From Lytechinus pictus (taxonomy: Eukaryota), in contig NC_087251.1 in the NCBI RefSeq assembly GCF_037042905.1, positions 7,070,001 to 7,134,000 of the forward strand: a stretch of 64,000 nt of DNA. Direction: 5' to 3'. A program made the position numbers and the translations under genes. Shown here piece by piece: positions 1-13,400 of this stretch. Under the pieces are notes generated by a model. The model saw only the letters and a list, made by a program, of their open reading frames with translations. It searched no databases and was not told the DNA's origin. How positions within the stretch are numbered: position 1 is the stretch's first letter; each line of letters begins with the position of its first letter.

Positions 1-247
1 TTTGATCCTATCAATCGTAACTATGGACGGCCAGCAACGTCATCATCTATTATGCATATTTGTCCAAAATATTTTCTAGCTATGATGTATATTCATGCAT
101 TCATAGTTTTCTTGAAAATTCACTGCGCTTCTCTTTGCATACAGAGGACATTGTGCAAGGTTTTCGTAGAAAAAAATTTGACACTGATGGATTTCCATAG
201 AGTTACGATTGATCGGATCAATCGTAACTGTTTGTAAGACGGGGCCC
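1..247. mobile_element. Right part of a GGGCCC-ended MITE, cut by the window edge
   Basis: Repeated atcaatcgtaact motif in both orientations; palindrome gttacgattgatc-g-gatcaatcgtaac; ends aagacggggccc. Confidence 0.55.
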
Positions 248-319
248 AGACGTATCGCTTGCGTTCAGCATGAACAGCAAAGACAAACTGCAGTCTCCGC
301 CTATATAGATTATGGGCTA

Positions 320-1823
320 TAGCATAACACTGAAAATTTCATAAAAATCGGATGTAAAATAAGAAAGTTATGACATTTTAAAGTTTCGCTTAATGGTTTT
401 AAGGTTTTATTAAAATATCCACATATCGCAGCCATTTAGACTGAATTGCATTGGATTTACAAAATATAACAATAAAATGATAACATGATATAGCAATCGA
501 ACATTATAAATATATTATTTACAAATAAAAATACAAACAATTAGGTACGTAACTTGACAGATTAAGGAAAGGGTGAACAGAGTGTAGAGAGAAGGGGAAA
601 GGGAGGTACAATAGAAGAGGGAAAGAGGGTGGGGGAAGATGAAGATGAGAGTAGTAGTACACAGATGTAATTCTAATTTAAACCGAGAAGAGTACATGTA
701 TATCAAAATATAAATATAACTATGGTAATGTTATGTAAATTAAAAGTTTCAGCGAACCCCCCCCCCTTCTATATGAGTGTATTGAAACGTATATGGTATA
801 CGTGATTATGGTGATAATTGACTAAGAACATTGGTACAGCAAATAGGATGATAAAATATACTAGTAATCAAACAAAACATAAGTGAGAATTTGAGTGATA
901 GGGGTGTGAAGTTTACATGAAATAATTAAAGCAAAAATCTTGAAAAATGTACCACATATTAAGATTAAACAATGACAAGAACATAAACAGTTGAATTTTG
1001 GAAAGAAAAATAATAAATGCAATCAATCAATCAAAAGAACATATCAACTGAACAAAGAGGCGGGTATGAAAGAAAATATCATAAACTGACCATTGTGTAG
1101 ACAATGATAAACATACATTAAGTATATTGTCATTAAAATAATATAATAGGGCACCTGTGCAAGTACAATTAATTTCACAAAACAATTATTATGCACATCC
1201 TGCATGGGTCCCGTTTCATAAAGGACTTGCAACTGTTATAACTTTGCCATTATGGCAACTACCATGGTAACAAGGCCCAGCAGTCAACCAAAATCAAGGT
1301 TGCCATGGTACTTGTCATAATGGCAAAGTTACAACAGTTGCAAGTCCTTTATGAAACGGGCCCCTGGTCGGTATGCAAATGAGGAGACAGATGACGTCAT
1401 CCACTCACTTTTTCTTTTGTATTTTATTATACGAAATATTCTAATTTCTCTTCTTTGTCAAGTGAAACAACGATTAATTGCTCCCTGAACATGTGGAATC
1501 AGTATTGTTTGATACTAAATGGTTCAGTCAAGTTGGTCCTTATTGTCAAATAATTATGTAAAAAAATGAAATATCATGTATAAAAATTCAAACAATTAAA
1601 AAAAACAAAAGAAATAGTGAGTGAGGGACATCGTCGCCTGTCTCATTTGCATGTCACTGGGATGTGCATGCATATCACTGTTATTATTTTTTTTAATAAG
1701 CGAAACTTTAAATTGTCATAATTTTCTTATTTTACATCTATTTTAATGAAATTTTCAGCATTATGCTAGTTTGATTTTTCTCTATTTACTGAAATCAACA
1801 TTTCTCTGGGTTGGACTTGACCT
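320..1823. mobile_element. TTAA-flanked long-TIR element (Kolobok-like MITE), interrupted by two insertions
   Basis: Segments 320-392 and ~1365-1823 match the element at 63396-64000 (inverted); ends ggacttgacct-TTAA. Confidence 0.65.
1206..1363. mobile_element. Short palindromic MITE
   Basis: gggtcccgtttcataaaggacttgcaactgtt ... aacagttgcaagtcctttatgaaacgggccc, with ~60-bp arms. Confidence 0.8.
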
Positions 1824-3245
1824 TTAAATAACTTTACACTCGGTCAGGGAGAATATAGCGACAGAGCCATTTTCTCAACAATACAAAACACATCATAAAG
1901 GATGACAAAATTATTGAGAGCGCTTTTGACAAAAAATACAAATTTTTAGTTAAAACTTCAATTTTAAGGAATTAGTACATTCGTGGTGGGTGAAGTAGAG
2001 GCCGGGGGGGGGGGTCGATTTTAATGTTAAGGGTTACTGTAGGTAAGGAATAATAAAATGAATATCAATGATGGTACACTCATAACACAAGATCTTGGTT
2101 CACGCAAACAATTTGAGAGGACAGCTCAAGTTTGAGCTTAAAATATTGAAGGGAATAAGATAAGACACCACATGCGTGTAAAGTCGTGTGTAATTATTAA
2201 ACTCTACCCTGATACATTAAAGGGGAAGATCACCTTGATAAAATGTTCGTTTTAATAAAAATTTATTAATTTCCCAATCTGCTAATTTCTCAAATATTTG
2301 AAAGTGATTTTATTCGCGGTATGTATATCATCAGACACATCATTCTATACCCCTTCTAAATTGTATTCACCATATTCCATTATAGAATTAAACTTTATTG
2401 AATTATGTGGAAGTTGCTCGTATAATTATGATGTCACAAATTGATTAAAAAATCCCAACCCTCTTATTCTTTGAAGTCTTTTTATCACCTTAACAACTTT
2501 TCTTATTTCTACTTTGGGCGTAGTCAGCGGGGATTGGGATATTATTTGCAGCTTGCAGGTCAAAATCTATATTGAATCTGAGATTTTCATTTTTAAAAAG
2601 GGAAATATTTATGTAGGGTTGTTTCGCTCGCTCGCACCGTTCAAGATAATTATTTTGCCCCTCATGTCAACGTTATGCACCCTAAAAACTGTTTGGCTCA
2701 TTACGTCATTTATAATTAAATCCAATTTATTCTCAAGAATACATGAATCACGATTGGTAATAGAATATCATAAACAAGTTAAAATAATAGATATCAATAA
2801 AAGAAAACGGAGCATATGATTATCTAAAAAATGAAAATTTGTTCCATTTTCTTTTTAATTGATTTTGATTTGTTTTTGGCATCTCTTTTTTGAAGTCCAC
2901 CCATCCTCTTCCCCCCGGTTCCCCGGCCCCTGCATAATGCAGCAACAGCAAAAAAGTCAATTTACCAAATAATCAACGATATGGGACAACATTTATGACA
3001 AGAGATAGTTTCAAAAATCTTCTTATTTTTCCTAACTTTCCTCCTCTCTTTTTCTTTTCGTTTTTTTCTTTCTTTCTTTTAAATTCATGACCATAGAATT
3101 TGTATTTCTTTATTAGTCTTTGGGGCCTTCTGTTTTCAAATGGCTTATTCATTAGTCCATTATCACTATAACTCGTCCATGATTAAACTAAAATAAACTT
3201 GAAACTCGGATTGTCCAACAGTCCAAGGGGTAGGGAGGGGCCCGT

Positions 3246-3695
3246 CCCGGGGAGAGGGGGCAGTCAAATATATTGCTGTACACACGCGTGACAAAAAAAA
3301 AACGTGTTTAAAGGGGTGTTTTTTTCAGTTTTGGACGAGGTCAGCGCGTGGACTCATTAAGGGTATAAAAAACACAGATTTTCAAGAAAAAGGGTGGTTT
3401 TGAAAGACTGGTCAATGGTCCATCGCGGGGTCAGACGTATTTAGGGTATTTTTTTCCCCAAAGCTTTTTTTAAAGACTATCCAAACTTGTTTAGGGTGTT
3501 TTTTTCCCCCAAGCTTTTTCACCGAGGTCATATTTTGGCGACTGCTTGTTTAGGGGCCAAAATGTGTAAATAACTTAAGACCGCGTAAACTAGTTTAGGG
3601 GGTTATTTTGCACACAGAGAAAAACTCGTTTAGGGGGTGTTTGGATATTACTTGGTCACGCGTGTGTACAGCAATATAATTGACTGCCCCCCGGG
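3246..3695. mobile_element. MITE with CCCGGG(G)n termini, about 310 bp upstream of the kintoun ATG
   Basis: TIR gggggcagtcaaatatattgctgtacacacgcgtgac and its reverse complement; internal tttaggg repeats; TSD obscured by poly-G. Confidence 0.78.
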
Positions 3696-3841
3696 GGGGG
3701 GGGGCGTAGGGGATCATCCCTGCCTCATTGCATGCCAAACCGCCAAACAGTGCTCAGGAGAAGATTCTCGAAAAGACCCCAAAATGGTGATGAAACCATA
3801 TTACTTTGCTGCCCTCAACGATTTGTTGTGGCATGATTATA

Positions 3842-3880
3842 GTAAACAAAACTACACACGCTGCATGCATGCGCATGCGC
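3842..3880 (+). promoter_or_regulatory. Candidate kintoun proximal promoter motifs (forkhead GTAAACA; NRF1/P3A2-type TGCGCATGCGC)
   Basis: GTAAACA at 3842-3848 and TGCGCATGCGC at 3870-3880, about 130-165 bp upstream of the ATG. Motif match only. Confidence 0.4.
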
Positions 3881-4006
3881 TATGCATACACAAATACTAC
3901 GGATTACGTATTTATACTGCTAGGCGCATGCAGCCCATGGTTAAGGGTTGTAAATTCTACCTGATTGATTAGTTACGCTCAGCGTTTTGGAAAATAGAGA
4001 AAGGAA

Positions 4007-5824
4007 ATGGCCTCTGAAGACACATTCGAAGGTCTTGATGTCACTGCAGACGAAGTGCAGCGGATCGAAAAAGCTTTGAAAAATGAAGAGTTTCGAAAAT
4101 TATTCGTCGAGTATGCTCAAGAAATTTCTGATCCTGAAAACAGGAAAAAATATGAAGAGGAATTGGCGGAGTTGGAAAGGTCGCGAGGCATGGATGTTAA
4201 GTTTTTGCATCCCAAGCCTGGATACGTGTTGAAGACAAGCATCAATGGGGAAAAGAAAGCATTCATCAATATTTGTAAGAATGATAACATCGGTAAGCCT
4301 CAAGCATCAAACTCAAAGTCTTATCAGGGCAGTGGGAATGCAAGAAAAATGGGAGTTGAGTGGGCGCTTCCTTACAGTTTAGCTCCAGGTCGTGATGATT
4401 ATGATCATGCAGGGAAAAAGTGTATGGTGTTCGATTGCCTGTTCCACCCAGACTGCTTTGAAATGATAAATAAAGACAGTAGATTTCGGACGTTGATGGA
4501 TAATACAGCAATGGATGGGATAGAGAGGGAATTTAAAGTTACCTTTGATCGCAATAATGTGAAAAAGCCCAAAATGAAATTCAAAGGCCGACAACAGGCA
4601 ACTGTACTGAGGACACCGAATCAGTCTGGTCCGAAGGGTGAGAATTCATTAGATGCCCTCAAACTTTCATACCCATATGACAAATCAATGAAACAGGAAA
4701 CGGCCAACAATCAGCCTGCCAAAACAGCCTCCAAAATATCAGGGAATAGAGATTCGGAAAGGAAGACGAATGATGAGAAACGTGTAGAGAAAGATGACTT
4801 TACAGTACCAAAGCACTCGATTGTTCATCGTGGTCACTTTGATATGCAGCAGTTCACCTATGCCAGGGATTCGGCACCAAGCACCAGGCCTCAAGAGCTG
4901 ATTTTGAAGGTAGAGCTCCCTCTATTGAAATCTGCAGCCACTGTCCAGTTAGATGTCTTTGAGAAACGCATCTTTCTGGAATGCAAGAAACCAGTCATGT
5001 ACCAACTTGATCTCCCACTACCTTATCCAGTAGATGAAGACAAAGGAAGTGCAAAGTTTGACAAAAGCAGGACTTGTCTCATCATCACCCTGGCAGTCCT
5101 ACCCCCTGTAATAGCAGAAATTCCATCTAGTGTACCTGTACCCCAAGAAGCTAATCCTCTTGTACAGGAAATAGTGATGAATGGTATTGATGAGACAGTC
5201 AACCAAAGAACTAAACAAGCTGATGGAATCTCACCTGGTTTTAATGATGATCAATATGAAAAGCCTGAAAACGTGAAAGATTCCAATGAGACAAATCCAG
5301 GGAAGAGTGATGTTGGAACATCTGATTACAAGATCACACCATCTATTGGAGCTGATGTTACTGAAGCGCTGGGAGAGGTTCAAGGTTCCCAAGAAGGAGA
5401 TGTAACTAAAGTTGTGGAAGATTCAGAGCCGAGTCATCCTCTCAGTGATGAAATCCATGCTGATGATTTGCTTCATAGTGAGCTAGAAGTGAAGACCACA
5501 TTGCCTAAGTGTGATATCTACCAAACAGATGAAAATGTCACCATCATCATTAGGGAAGCAGACATAGATGTAGGGTCTTTCAAACTAAACATGGCGAGTG
5601 AAGGAAAGATAGTAGAAGCAATGTTCAGGAGGACTGAAATTGCTCCAGATTCAGCTGAAGAAATATTCTCAATCCTTGTAGTTTGTGAAGATGGGCAAAC
5701 TTTAGATGGGAAGATGAAACCTGATGTCTCTCAGGCCAATGTGGTAATGGTGTTTAAGAAGAAAGAAGGATGTGGATCCTTGTGGTCTGCTCTTAAGGCT
5801 GGTCTATCTGAAGATACTCTCGAG
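4007..5824 (+). CDS. DNAAF2: Kintoun / dynein axonemal assembly factor 2, coding exon 1 (PIH1 domain plus CS-like domains)
   Basis: The ORF begins MASEDTFEGLDVTADEVQRIEKALKNEEFRKLFVEYAQEISDPENRKKYEEE and contains PGYVLKT, KAFINIC, WALPYSL and LPYPVDEDKGSAKFDK, all typical of kintoun PIH1/CS regions. A donor GAG|GTGAGT follows 5824. Length 1818 nt (606 codons), phase 0. Confidence 0.93.
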
Positions 5825-8011
5825 GTGAGTTGTGCTTGTGACCAATGAAAAAGGAAGAATTGGGAAATACCAATCTCTTTTATAAAATAAGAATATTCAT
5901 CCAGAGTTTTATAGGCAAATGAGGAAAACAGCTAATGAAAATTGGTAAAGAAATAAAAAGTGGTCAAAGAATGAAAGTTTAACTTTATCCCTAATTCCTT
6001 GTCCATTATACAAAATTCAGATTAAACAACTCTTGATCTGTTATTGTTCATGAAATTTTTTACCCTTTTTTTAAATCATGTGTTTTATTTTAACTCTTAT
6101 ACTTTTATTTTTACCATTATTTGTAGTATTAATATTACTACGTCTTTTTATCATCATCACAATAATCATTCGTTTCATCATCACCACCACCACCATTATG
6201 ATTCAATTTTTCAATCCATCTTTAGTGAAAGGAAGAAGAGAGATTGTATTGTTTTCATTTGTACCATATAGGAACTTTTTTAATACAGCATCTTTATCCC
6301 TTCAGTGGTTTTTCAAATAAATTTTATTTATAAAAAATGTTGCAAACATGAATTGCAATGTTGCGAGAACATTTTCAAGATAAAGAAAATCAGATTTTTG
6401 CATTTTTTAAAATTTCAATGGTCAAGTCTACCTCAACAAGAAGCTGACATGAATAAATACAGAAATTCAAACGTGATTCTGAAATTTCATATCATTATGA
6501 ATTGGCTGTACTAAGTAAGTTAAAAAAAGTATTTTCAAAATAGATGGTATGCAAATGAGTCACACAGTCCCTATTTCTTTACTATTTTATTTGTGTTCTA
6601 CATGTATATGGATGAAATTTTTTTTTTTTGCTCTTTTGGCTCCACATAATGTACATGTAGGGCACGTTGATTACCTGTGTAAGTTATGCATATGATTTTC
6701 TCCATGTTAGATTAACCGATTTTTTTTTTCAAATCATGAATAAAAACATTATATTTGACTGTATATGAGAATTCAATAATATTTTCAGTGTTTATGAGAT
6801 TTGTCTGTTGAACAGACTCTGTTTTTTAATTTTACTTGTTTTGTCTTTGCTGAACTGATGCTGCAAGACTATAGATCTTTGATAAAATAGGCAATACATG
6901 ATGTAGGTCTGATGTGGTGGGACTACTAACAGCAGAGCAGCCACCTTCAAAGGCTTCACTACTTGCATCATATTGCTCAATCTTTTTTATAATGAATTAT
7001 TATTTACGATGATTTGATAGCAGTTTTTCTGTACAAAAATTATTTAAATCATAGTTGTCTTGATTAAAAGATGGCTATTTAGCAAGGGGGTATAGGTAGT
7101 ATGGTATTTATCTTAGTATGGCTCTCATGCTATACAGTGCTCTTCTTTTTGTTATTTATTCACGGGGGGGGGGGGGGGGGGTTCACAAAGATGACTTAAA
7201 CGTCTCACTAGAAGTCTTGCTTAGTGCCTACATGTACATGTAGGTGCATATACGCATACAAGGTAATATTAAATGTGCACTTTCATTGACTAATATGCAG
7301 TAGCATACACATCCCATGAGCGTGATCTGACCTTCAGTGCATGTGGTGATGTACCATATAGACTACATGCAATGGGGAATTTAAGAGTCATTTTTAGTCA
7401 GACAAACATCACAAAACCTATGTGAACCACCTCCCCCCCCCCTCCCCCATGGACAACTTGCTTTGTGTAATTATGAATAATCACAAAAAGTGAAAATAAT
7501 GACTTGAATGAAACAAAAAAAAACAGCAGCATATGAGATTTTAGGTTCATAAACAAAAATCTTGTGAGCCTTTTGATCTTTAATACAATAATGGGATCCA
7601 TGAAAGACTGAACTTTGTACCCATTCAAATTTGTTGATGCTTGAAAAGTTGAAAGTATTTATTGCTTTATGTAGCAAGAAAAAAATAGAAAAAAATATAG
7701 TGGGTTCCTTTTCTATTTGCTTACAACACTCGTATTTGTAGTTTCTGCATTATTATAGTAGTCAGACATTATTAGGGAAGACTATTACAGCATGTAGCGA
7801 GCTCTCTGTGCAAGTGAGTGTAAAATTGTTGAAATCATCAGTGTGATTGTGTGTTGGTTGAAGACGGCTCTCTTTACTTTTGGGATGTTAGTGATGCTAG
7901 AAGGAAGTAGAAGCATGTATATTGATGATGCATTGGTTTTATAAGTTCTTCTTAAGTGTCTTCCAGTCTTTAATTCAAAGGATATCATTACTTATCTTTG
8001 CACCTGTCCAG

Positions 8012-8146
8012 GAGAAACAGTTTGTAACAGAGGAAGGTCTGGAAGATATTTTAAAGGAGGTTACTTCAGATGAAGCCAGGAGTAAAGAGACCATCCCATG
8101 CTCTGTTTCAGAATTCTCGACTCATTGTGTCAAGGCTCAGTTTCAG
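8012..8146 (+). CDS. DNAAF2: Kintoun coding exon 2 (EKQFVTEEGLEDILKEV...KAQFQ)
   Basis: Acceptor ctgtccAG and donor CAG|GTAAAA. The exon is 135 nt, phase 0-0, and open in frame with exons 1 and 3. Confidence 0.8.
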
Positions 8147-9513
8147 GTAAAAACATTTATTAATAACTGATAGTCTATACATGTAGTATTTTTTAGTTTC
8201 AAAGCTAGTGCTTGTATAGTAAAATTGAGTTCATCTTTTTTGTGTAAGTTTGTTTCATGCAGTTGGTGAGATAAATAAACCTCTTTTTTTTACTTTAAGA
8301 AAAATATTGCATCCACTCATTTTAAAATTATGTAGCCTATATGATACCAAATTTGTCTCATTGTAATAATACTATTAAAGTCTGTGCTAAAATCAGTGTA
8401 TGTGAAGCCAAATCTCATATCTAAAGAAAACTTATAATTACTGTACTCTTTCTAGATAAAGCTTCTCTTAGCTTTAGTCCCAAACATGCTGATAACTTGA
8501 ATAATTATATTGTTAGTTTTGATTTTTATTTGAATCCATAGTTATGACAGAATTACAGTATACATGTATATTGCAGGGAATGATAATCTGTCATTGTAAT
8601 TAGTGCATTTTATAATACACGTGCCACCAACGTACATTGTCATAAAAGGCTTTGAGTCGTTCACTTTTTTTTTGTATTAGAGAGCATGGACCATGAGTAA
8701 GAATCCTCCCCCCCAAAAAAAAAACAAAAAAAAAACTAACAACAACAACAAACAAACAAAGAGATATTAACTGAACAATGAATCTCAATGACAGGGAAGA
8801 ATGATCAGTAGAACTTCAGGTGAGATCTCAGGAAAACTGGAGTATTTAAATGAGATTAGTAATTAACTTTGAAGAGAAACACTGATATATGAATGGTGTT
8901 GCATACATTTTGGTATACTGATCTCTCCGGATTAACACATGTATATGAGTGACATCACAATAACGGTGAACTTCTATGCATTGTGAAACACACAAATCAG
9001 GATATGAAGAAGTTCTCTATATTTTCTTTATCAAATGATTGGTTGATATCTATCATATGTGACCTGTAATTCATTTTAGCTAACAAAATTTTTTTGCTAA
9101 TAATTACCAGTACAAAATTAAATGTCTACAGTAGTAGTTCTATTGACTGGTCATGTCATTGTTTTGAAATTATGCAGGATGAGTTATCAATTTCTACTAT
9201 GTTACTATCCACCACTATCTTATTATCATATTGCTCAGGCACCATAGATAGCTAATTTGTTGTTCTTATTATTTTGGCGGTGCCGGCAGTATATCAAATA
9301 ATTTAACAGATCTTAATATTGCATTTGAAGGACAACTTTCCTGTACGTCATCTTAAGTTATCGAGTAAGTAAGAAAATCTCTGTCAGAGATAATTGTTCT
9401 TTTGATATTTCTTTTATTTGAAGATTATTCTTATTAAATTCCTAAATATGATGAGTTACATACCTATATCTGAAGCAAAAGCTATCATTATTACTCTTTC
9501 ATTTTTTACATAG

Positions 9514-10455
9514 GTATCCTGTGAGGTTGCAGATAGCTCAAAGAGTTCACAAGACAGTGGGAAACATAAAGGTGACTCTGATGGATGTCAGAAGGCATCT
9601 ATGAAATCTAAAGAGTCTATCATCCCTGCCTTGGACCTAGGACCTGCAGCAGATGAGAAGAAGGTAGAAAGTGATGTGAGTTCACCTCGCAGCGATCCTC
9701 AGTCATCACCAACTGATTCCTCCATACCATCTGGTCTTAAGAGTGCCTTGAGGAGTCCTCGCAGAAGAGCATGTAAGTCAGTTAGCTTCAGTGAGGAAGT
9801 ATTGGTTGAACTCTTCCTTGATGGTCCCAAACGAACCCAAAAAGGTGGAAACAAGAAGAAAGGAGGAGGAAGGCGAACTCCCTTCTTTGGTCCAAGGCGC
9901 ATGATTGAGAAGCTCAAGGACAATTCTTGGGAGTATTTCAGTGATTCTGAACTCCTGCACCACAACCACAAAGAAGCTAGCACTGAGGAAGATGAAGAAC
10001 ATGAAGATCAAGAATGGAATTGGCAACCAAACCAAGTCCTTATGAGACAATCCAGCAGTGAATCAGAGTCAGGACAGGAGATACCGTCCTCTCCCCGCTC
10101 AAAGGGAAAGAAATCCAAGGGTTCTAGGCGTAGGAGAAAAGAAAAAGCGCGCCGTGAGGCAAGTTTGGCAGCAAACAATGGCGTTGAGAGTTCCGACACC
10201 AATGAGAACCTCATTAAACCAAGTTCTCCTGATGATGTTTCACCACTCACAAATGGTCTAGAGTCTGAAGAGATTATCGAGAGCAATGAGCTTAATGGAG
10301 ATACTCCAGAACTACCAGAAAACCGTGATTTGATGAATAATAATGAAAACAAGAAAAGCAATGAAAACGATGAGCTCCCTCTAGAAATGCAAGACCACAA
10401 AACAAAGTGTGCTTTTGAATTTTCTAACCAAGTTATTTATGATCTTGATGAGTAA
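9514..10455 (+). CDS. DNAAF2: Kintoun terminal coding exon, ending HKTKCAFEFSNQVIYDLDE*
   Basis: Polypyrimidine tract plus TAG acceptor at 9511-9513, in frame with ORF 9601-10455. The C-terminus matches the conserved kintoun tail (CAFxFxNxxxYDLD). Joined CDS is about 964 aa. Confidence 0.88.
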   Translation, partial: VSCEVADSSKSSQDSGKHKGDSDGCQKASMKSKESIIPALDLGPAADEKKVESDVSSPRSDPQSSPTDSSIPSGLKSALRSPRRRACKSVSFSEEVLVELFLDGPKRTQKGGNKKKGGGRRTPFFGPRRMIEKLKDNSWEYFSDSELLHHNHKEASTEEDEEHEDQEWNWQPNQVLMRQSSSESESGQEIPSSPRSKGKKSKGSRRRRKEKARREASLAANNGVESSDTNENLIKPSSPDDVSPLTNGLESEEIIESNELNGDTPELPENRDLMNNNENKKSNENDELPLEMQDHKTKCAFEFSNQVIYDLDE

Positions 10456-13400
10456 ACTCCTCAGCAAAATGTTGGTATTTTGTGATGAATCTCTTCTGAT
10501 AACTCAAAATTATGATGTTAATTCTCTGTGTCTGACAGTACCAACTAAAAGTCTTTGTGTTCACTTGAAGTATTGTTTTTAAATGCACTCTTTATGGCAA
10601 CAAGGATTTTCAGTTGATATACTGATATGGTCTGGCAGAGCATAAACTAACATAAAATTTATGAACCAGAGGTCAAATATTTTGTAAAGTAAGCTTGCGC
10701 CATGTACTGCTTACTACAGGAATCCACCAAGTTTTTTTGCTTAATTGTTGATAATAAGTGAGGGACTATCAAAACAATTTTGCTTCCACAAAGTTCTTTT
10801 CAGAAGGGTATCAGTTTTTTTGTGATGTATACATGTACATGTATGTACATTGTATGCATGCAATCGCACAGGTGGCCATTCCCATTACATGAGATCTTTA
10901 TTAAGCATAGGAATATCATGTTCCTGTTGTACTGCATACAAATTGCATAGCCAGGTTAGTAATACTTACCCGTCATTATTGTGACTGGTACTCGATATAG
11001 TATATATAAGCCTCAAAAGGTAAATGGCATAATTGTTTCAGTCATTATGGCCATTCACAATTGAAATTGAAATCTCACTGTGATTCATGTGTTATGTGCT
11101 ATATGCAAAACAAAATGACTGTTATGGAACTGAAACTAAATTTTGGTGAATTGATTGAATAATTTGATTTTTTTTTAAATATTTGAATATATTTTTGAAA
11201 ACCTTTTTTTTCACCCCCCCCCATGATAATTACTATTATTTGACTTGTGCTAGTTTCATGTGTTAGAACTAGGAACTTCTTTTAACAAGACAATCCTTTC
11301 TTTTTTAATACCATTAATCAAATGCCCTAAAGATCTATTGCTTTAAAATTTTGTTTAATATTCAAATATTCAAGATTTGCATATATTATTATCACCATTC
11401 AACAAGTGAAAGTTCTTTATAATATAAAAGAATTTGAGTTCGAGTTCACATTAGAACTAATGGCAATAATGTGTTCAAACTGAAGAATTTCACCCGTTTT
11501 TATGTAAACATTTTCGTAAAGCCTGAATGTGTAATATTTTTATGGATTGAATATGATATGTTGAGTGGGATTGAAAAAAAAGTGTAAAAGTTTGCTTGTG
11601 AATGCATGTTGTAGAAGTTTGTACATAAAGGGCGTTTGTTTATGAACAACAACACAAGCATTCTATTTGTTGCCTGGAAATGTTAATTGATGAAGAAATA
11701 GAATTTTGGCCATTATAAGACAAATGCCTTGAAAAGACTTAAATTGATGTACATATCTATCCTTGGTAGGAAATTTCCAATTGTTTGGAATGTGAAAGTC
11801 AGACTCAATTTATGTGTGAATGTGTGTTACATGGCAATTATCACCTTTACGGAGTGAGGAGTATAAATGTTGGCATTCTACATTTCTTTTCATAAAATTT
11901 CCTCTATGTTTTCTGAAAAGGTTATCAGGAATTTAAATTGAAACAGCTACCCTTGATATTTTGTATGTTTCTTTCTATACCTACCATCTACGTACCTATT
12001 TAATGTATGCTGTGTATTTGTAGGTATTTTACTTGCGTATAAAGAGAGACACAAATGCTCAAGACTCCACTTTTTAAAACATACTTTCAATGGTAATTCT
12101 ATATCATAATGTTAATTTACGTGGAAGAAAAATTATTTCATTTGTCTGTTGTATTGCATTGCCGTAGTTACGATTGACCTTTTTAATGTTAAGTTTTGTG
12201 CAAAGGCACTACGCTATCGTGCTTGCTTATCCACAACAAGGTAATAGTTTTATTTTGTCTTTGAACAAGGTAACATTTAGTTCTCAGCACTGTACATTTT
12301 ATTGTTTTTGACCTGGGGGCTTGTTGTCCTTAAAGAGATTCATCTGATTGGTAGAAATCAATTCAAACAATTTTTAATCTTTTCACAATCACAAACGAGT
12401 AGGTGAAAGCTCAAAAGGTAAAAGACCAAATTGATTGTGAAAAGATGAAAATATGTTTGAACCGGGGCCTGTTGTGTGAAAGAAAAACTCTTGCAATTCA
12501 TTTTTTTTCCAAGTTTTTCAATGTGTCAAGTGGTAATGGCATAGTTTTGTATGCCTGAGTTTTTTTTTTTTTTTTTTTGCTAGAGTTTTTCATGACAAAA
12601 GTTTTATGCAGCAGGCTACTGATATACTGTACATTTACAATGTACTGATTGCTCATGAGATCCAGTAATATGTTTTTACTGTTTATAGTGATATTTTTGA
12701 TGTGCCTTTAAAATGTTAATCTCCAGGGGAGCATTTCATTAAATGATTCATCCAAGTTTTTTTTATAGACTAATGTTATAAGCTTCTGAAACTCTCACAT
12801 CTGATTTGCTGAGAGCAACTTGTCTTTGAAAATCACTTAAGAGATGCTTTAATGAGACGGACATCCACTGATGTTAGGTTCACTAACCCCTTCCTAACAA
12901 ATTAAATGACAATCTCACTGCCATACCTGTGAACTATAGTACCAGTTTATGTACATGTACATTTTCAAAACATGTACTAAAAATATGAAGTTAAATCATA
13001 TGATGACAATTGCAATAAATCATTTCTTTACTCTTTTATAGCTCACATTTGATGAACTACATGTAATGTCTCTAAAAAGTATTTTGTGTACCGTTATGTA
13101 GAAAATTCATGTAACAATATATTAGTCCTTTGCTTTTCTTTTTTTTTCATTAAATTGTGATATTGAATGTTATGAATTTGGATTTTTGAATTAGTGTATG
13201 ATTATTATCATTACATTGTGTAAATATTGAAAATACAGCATGGATTATGATTATTTTTCTGAATTGGTATTTCTTTTTGTAAATATTGAAATAGAAACGT
13301 GGTGACTTTATATTTTGCCAAATTTGAAAAATGTGACTTGTAATTTGGCTGTTTACTTACAATGACATTTCTCATTACCAAACTATACCTTGAAAATTCA

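Noticed and set aside
3637..3972. 111-aa ORF upstream of kintoun
   Set aside because: It has a non-ATG start inside a MITE end, runs through poly-G and promoter DNA, and shows no protein-like features.
5825..5848. ORF 4007-5848 as a complete single-exon gene
   Set aside because: A strong donor at 5825 and in-phase downstream exons supply the conserved kintoun C-terminus; the last few codons are intronic.
9699..10400. Antisense ORFs over kintoun exon 3 (and similar ones over gag and pol)
   Set aside because: They are shadow ORFs of real coding sequence with no independent support.
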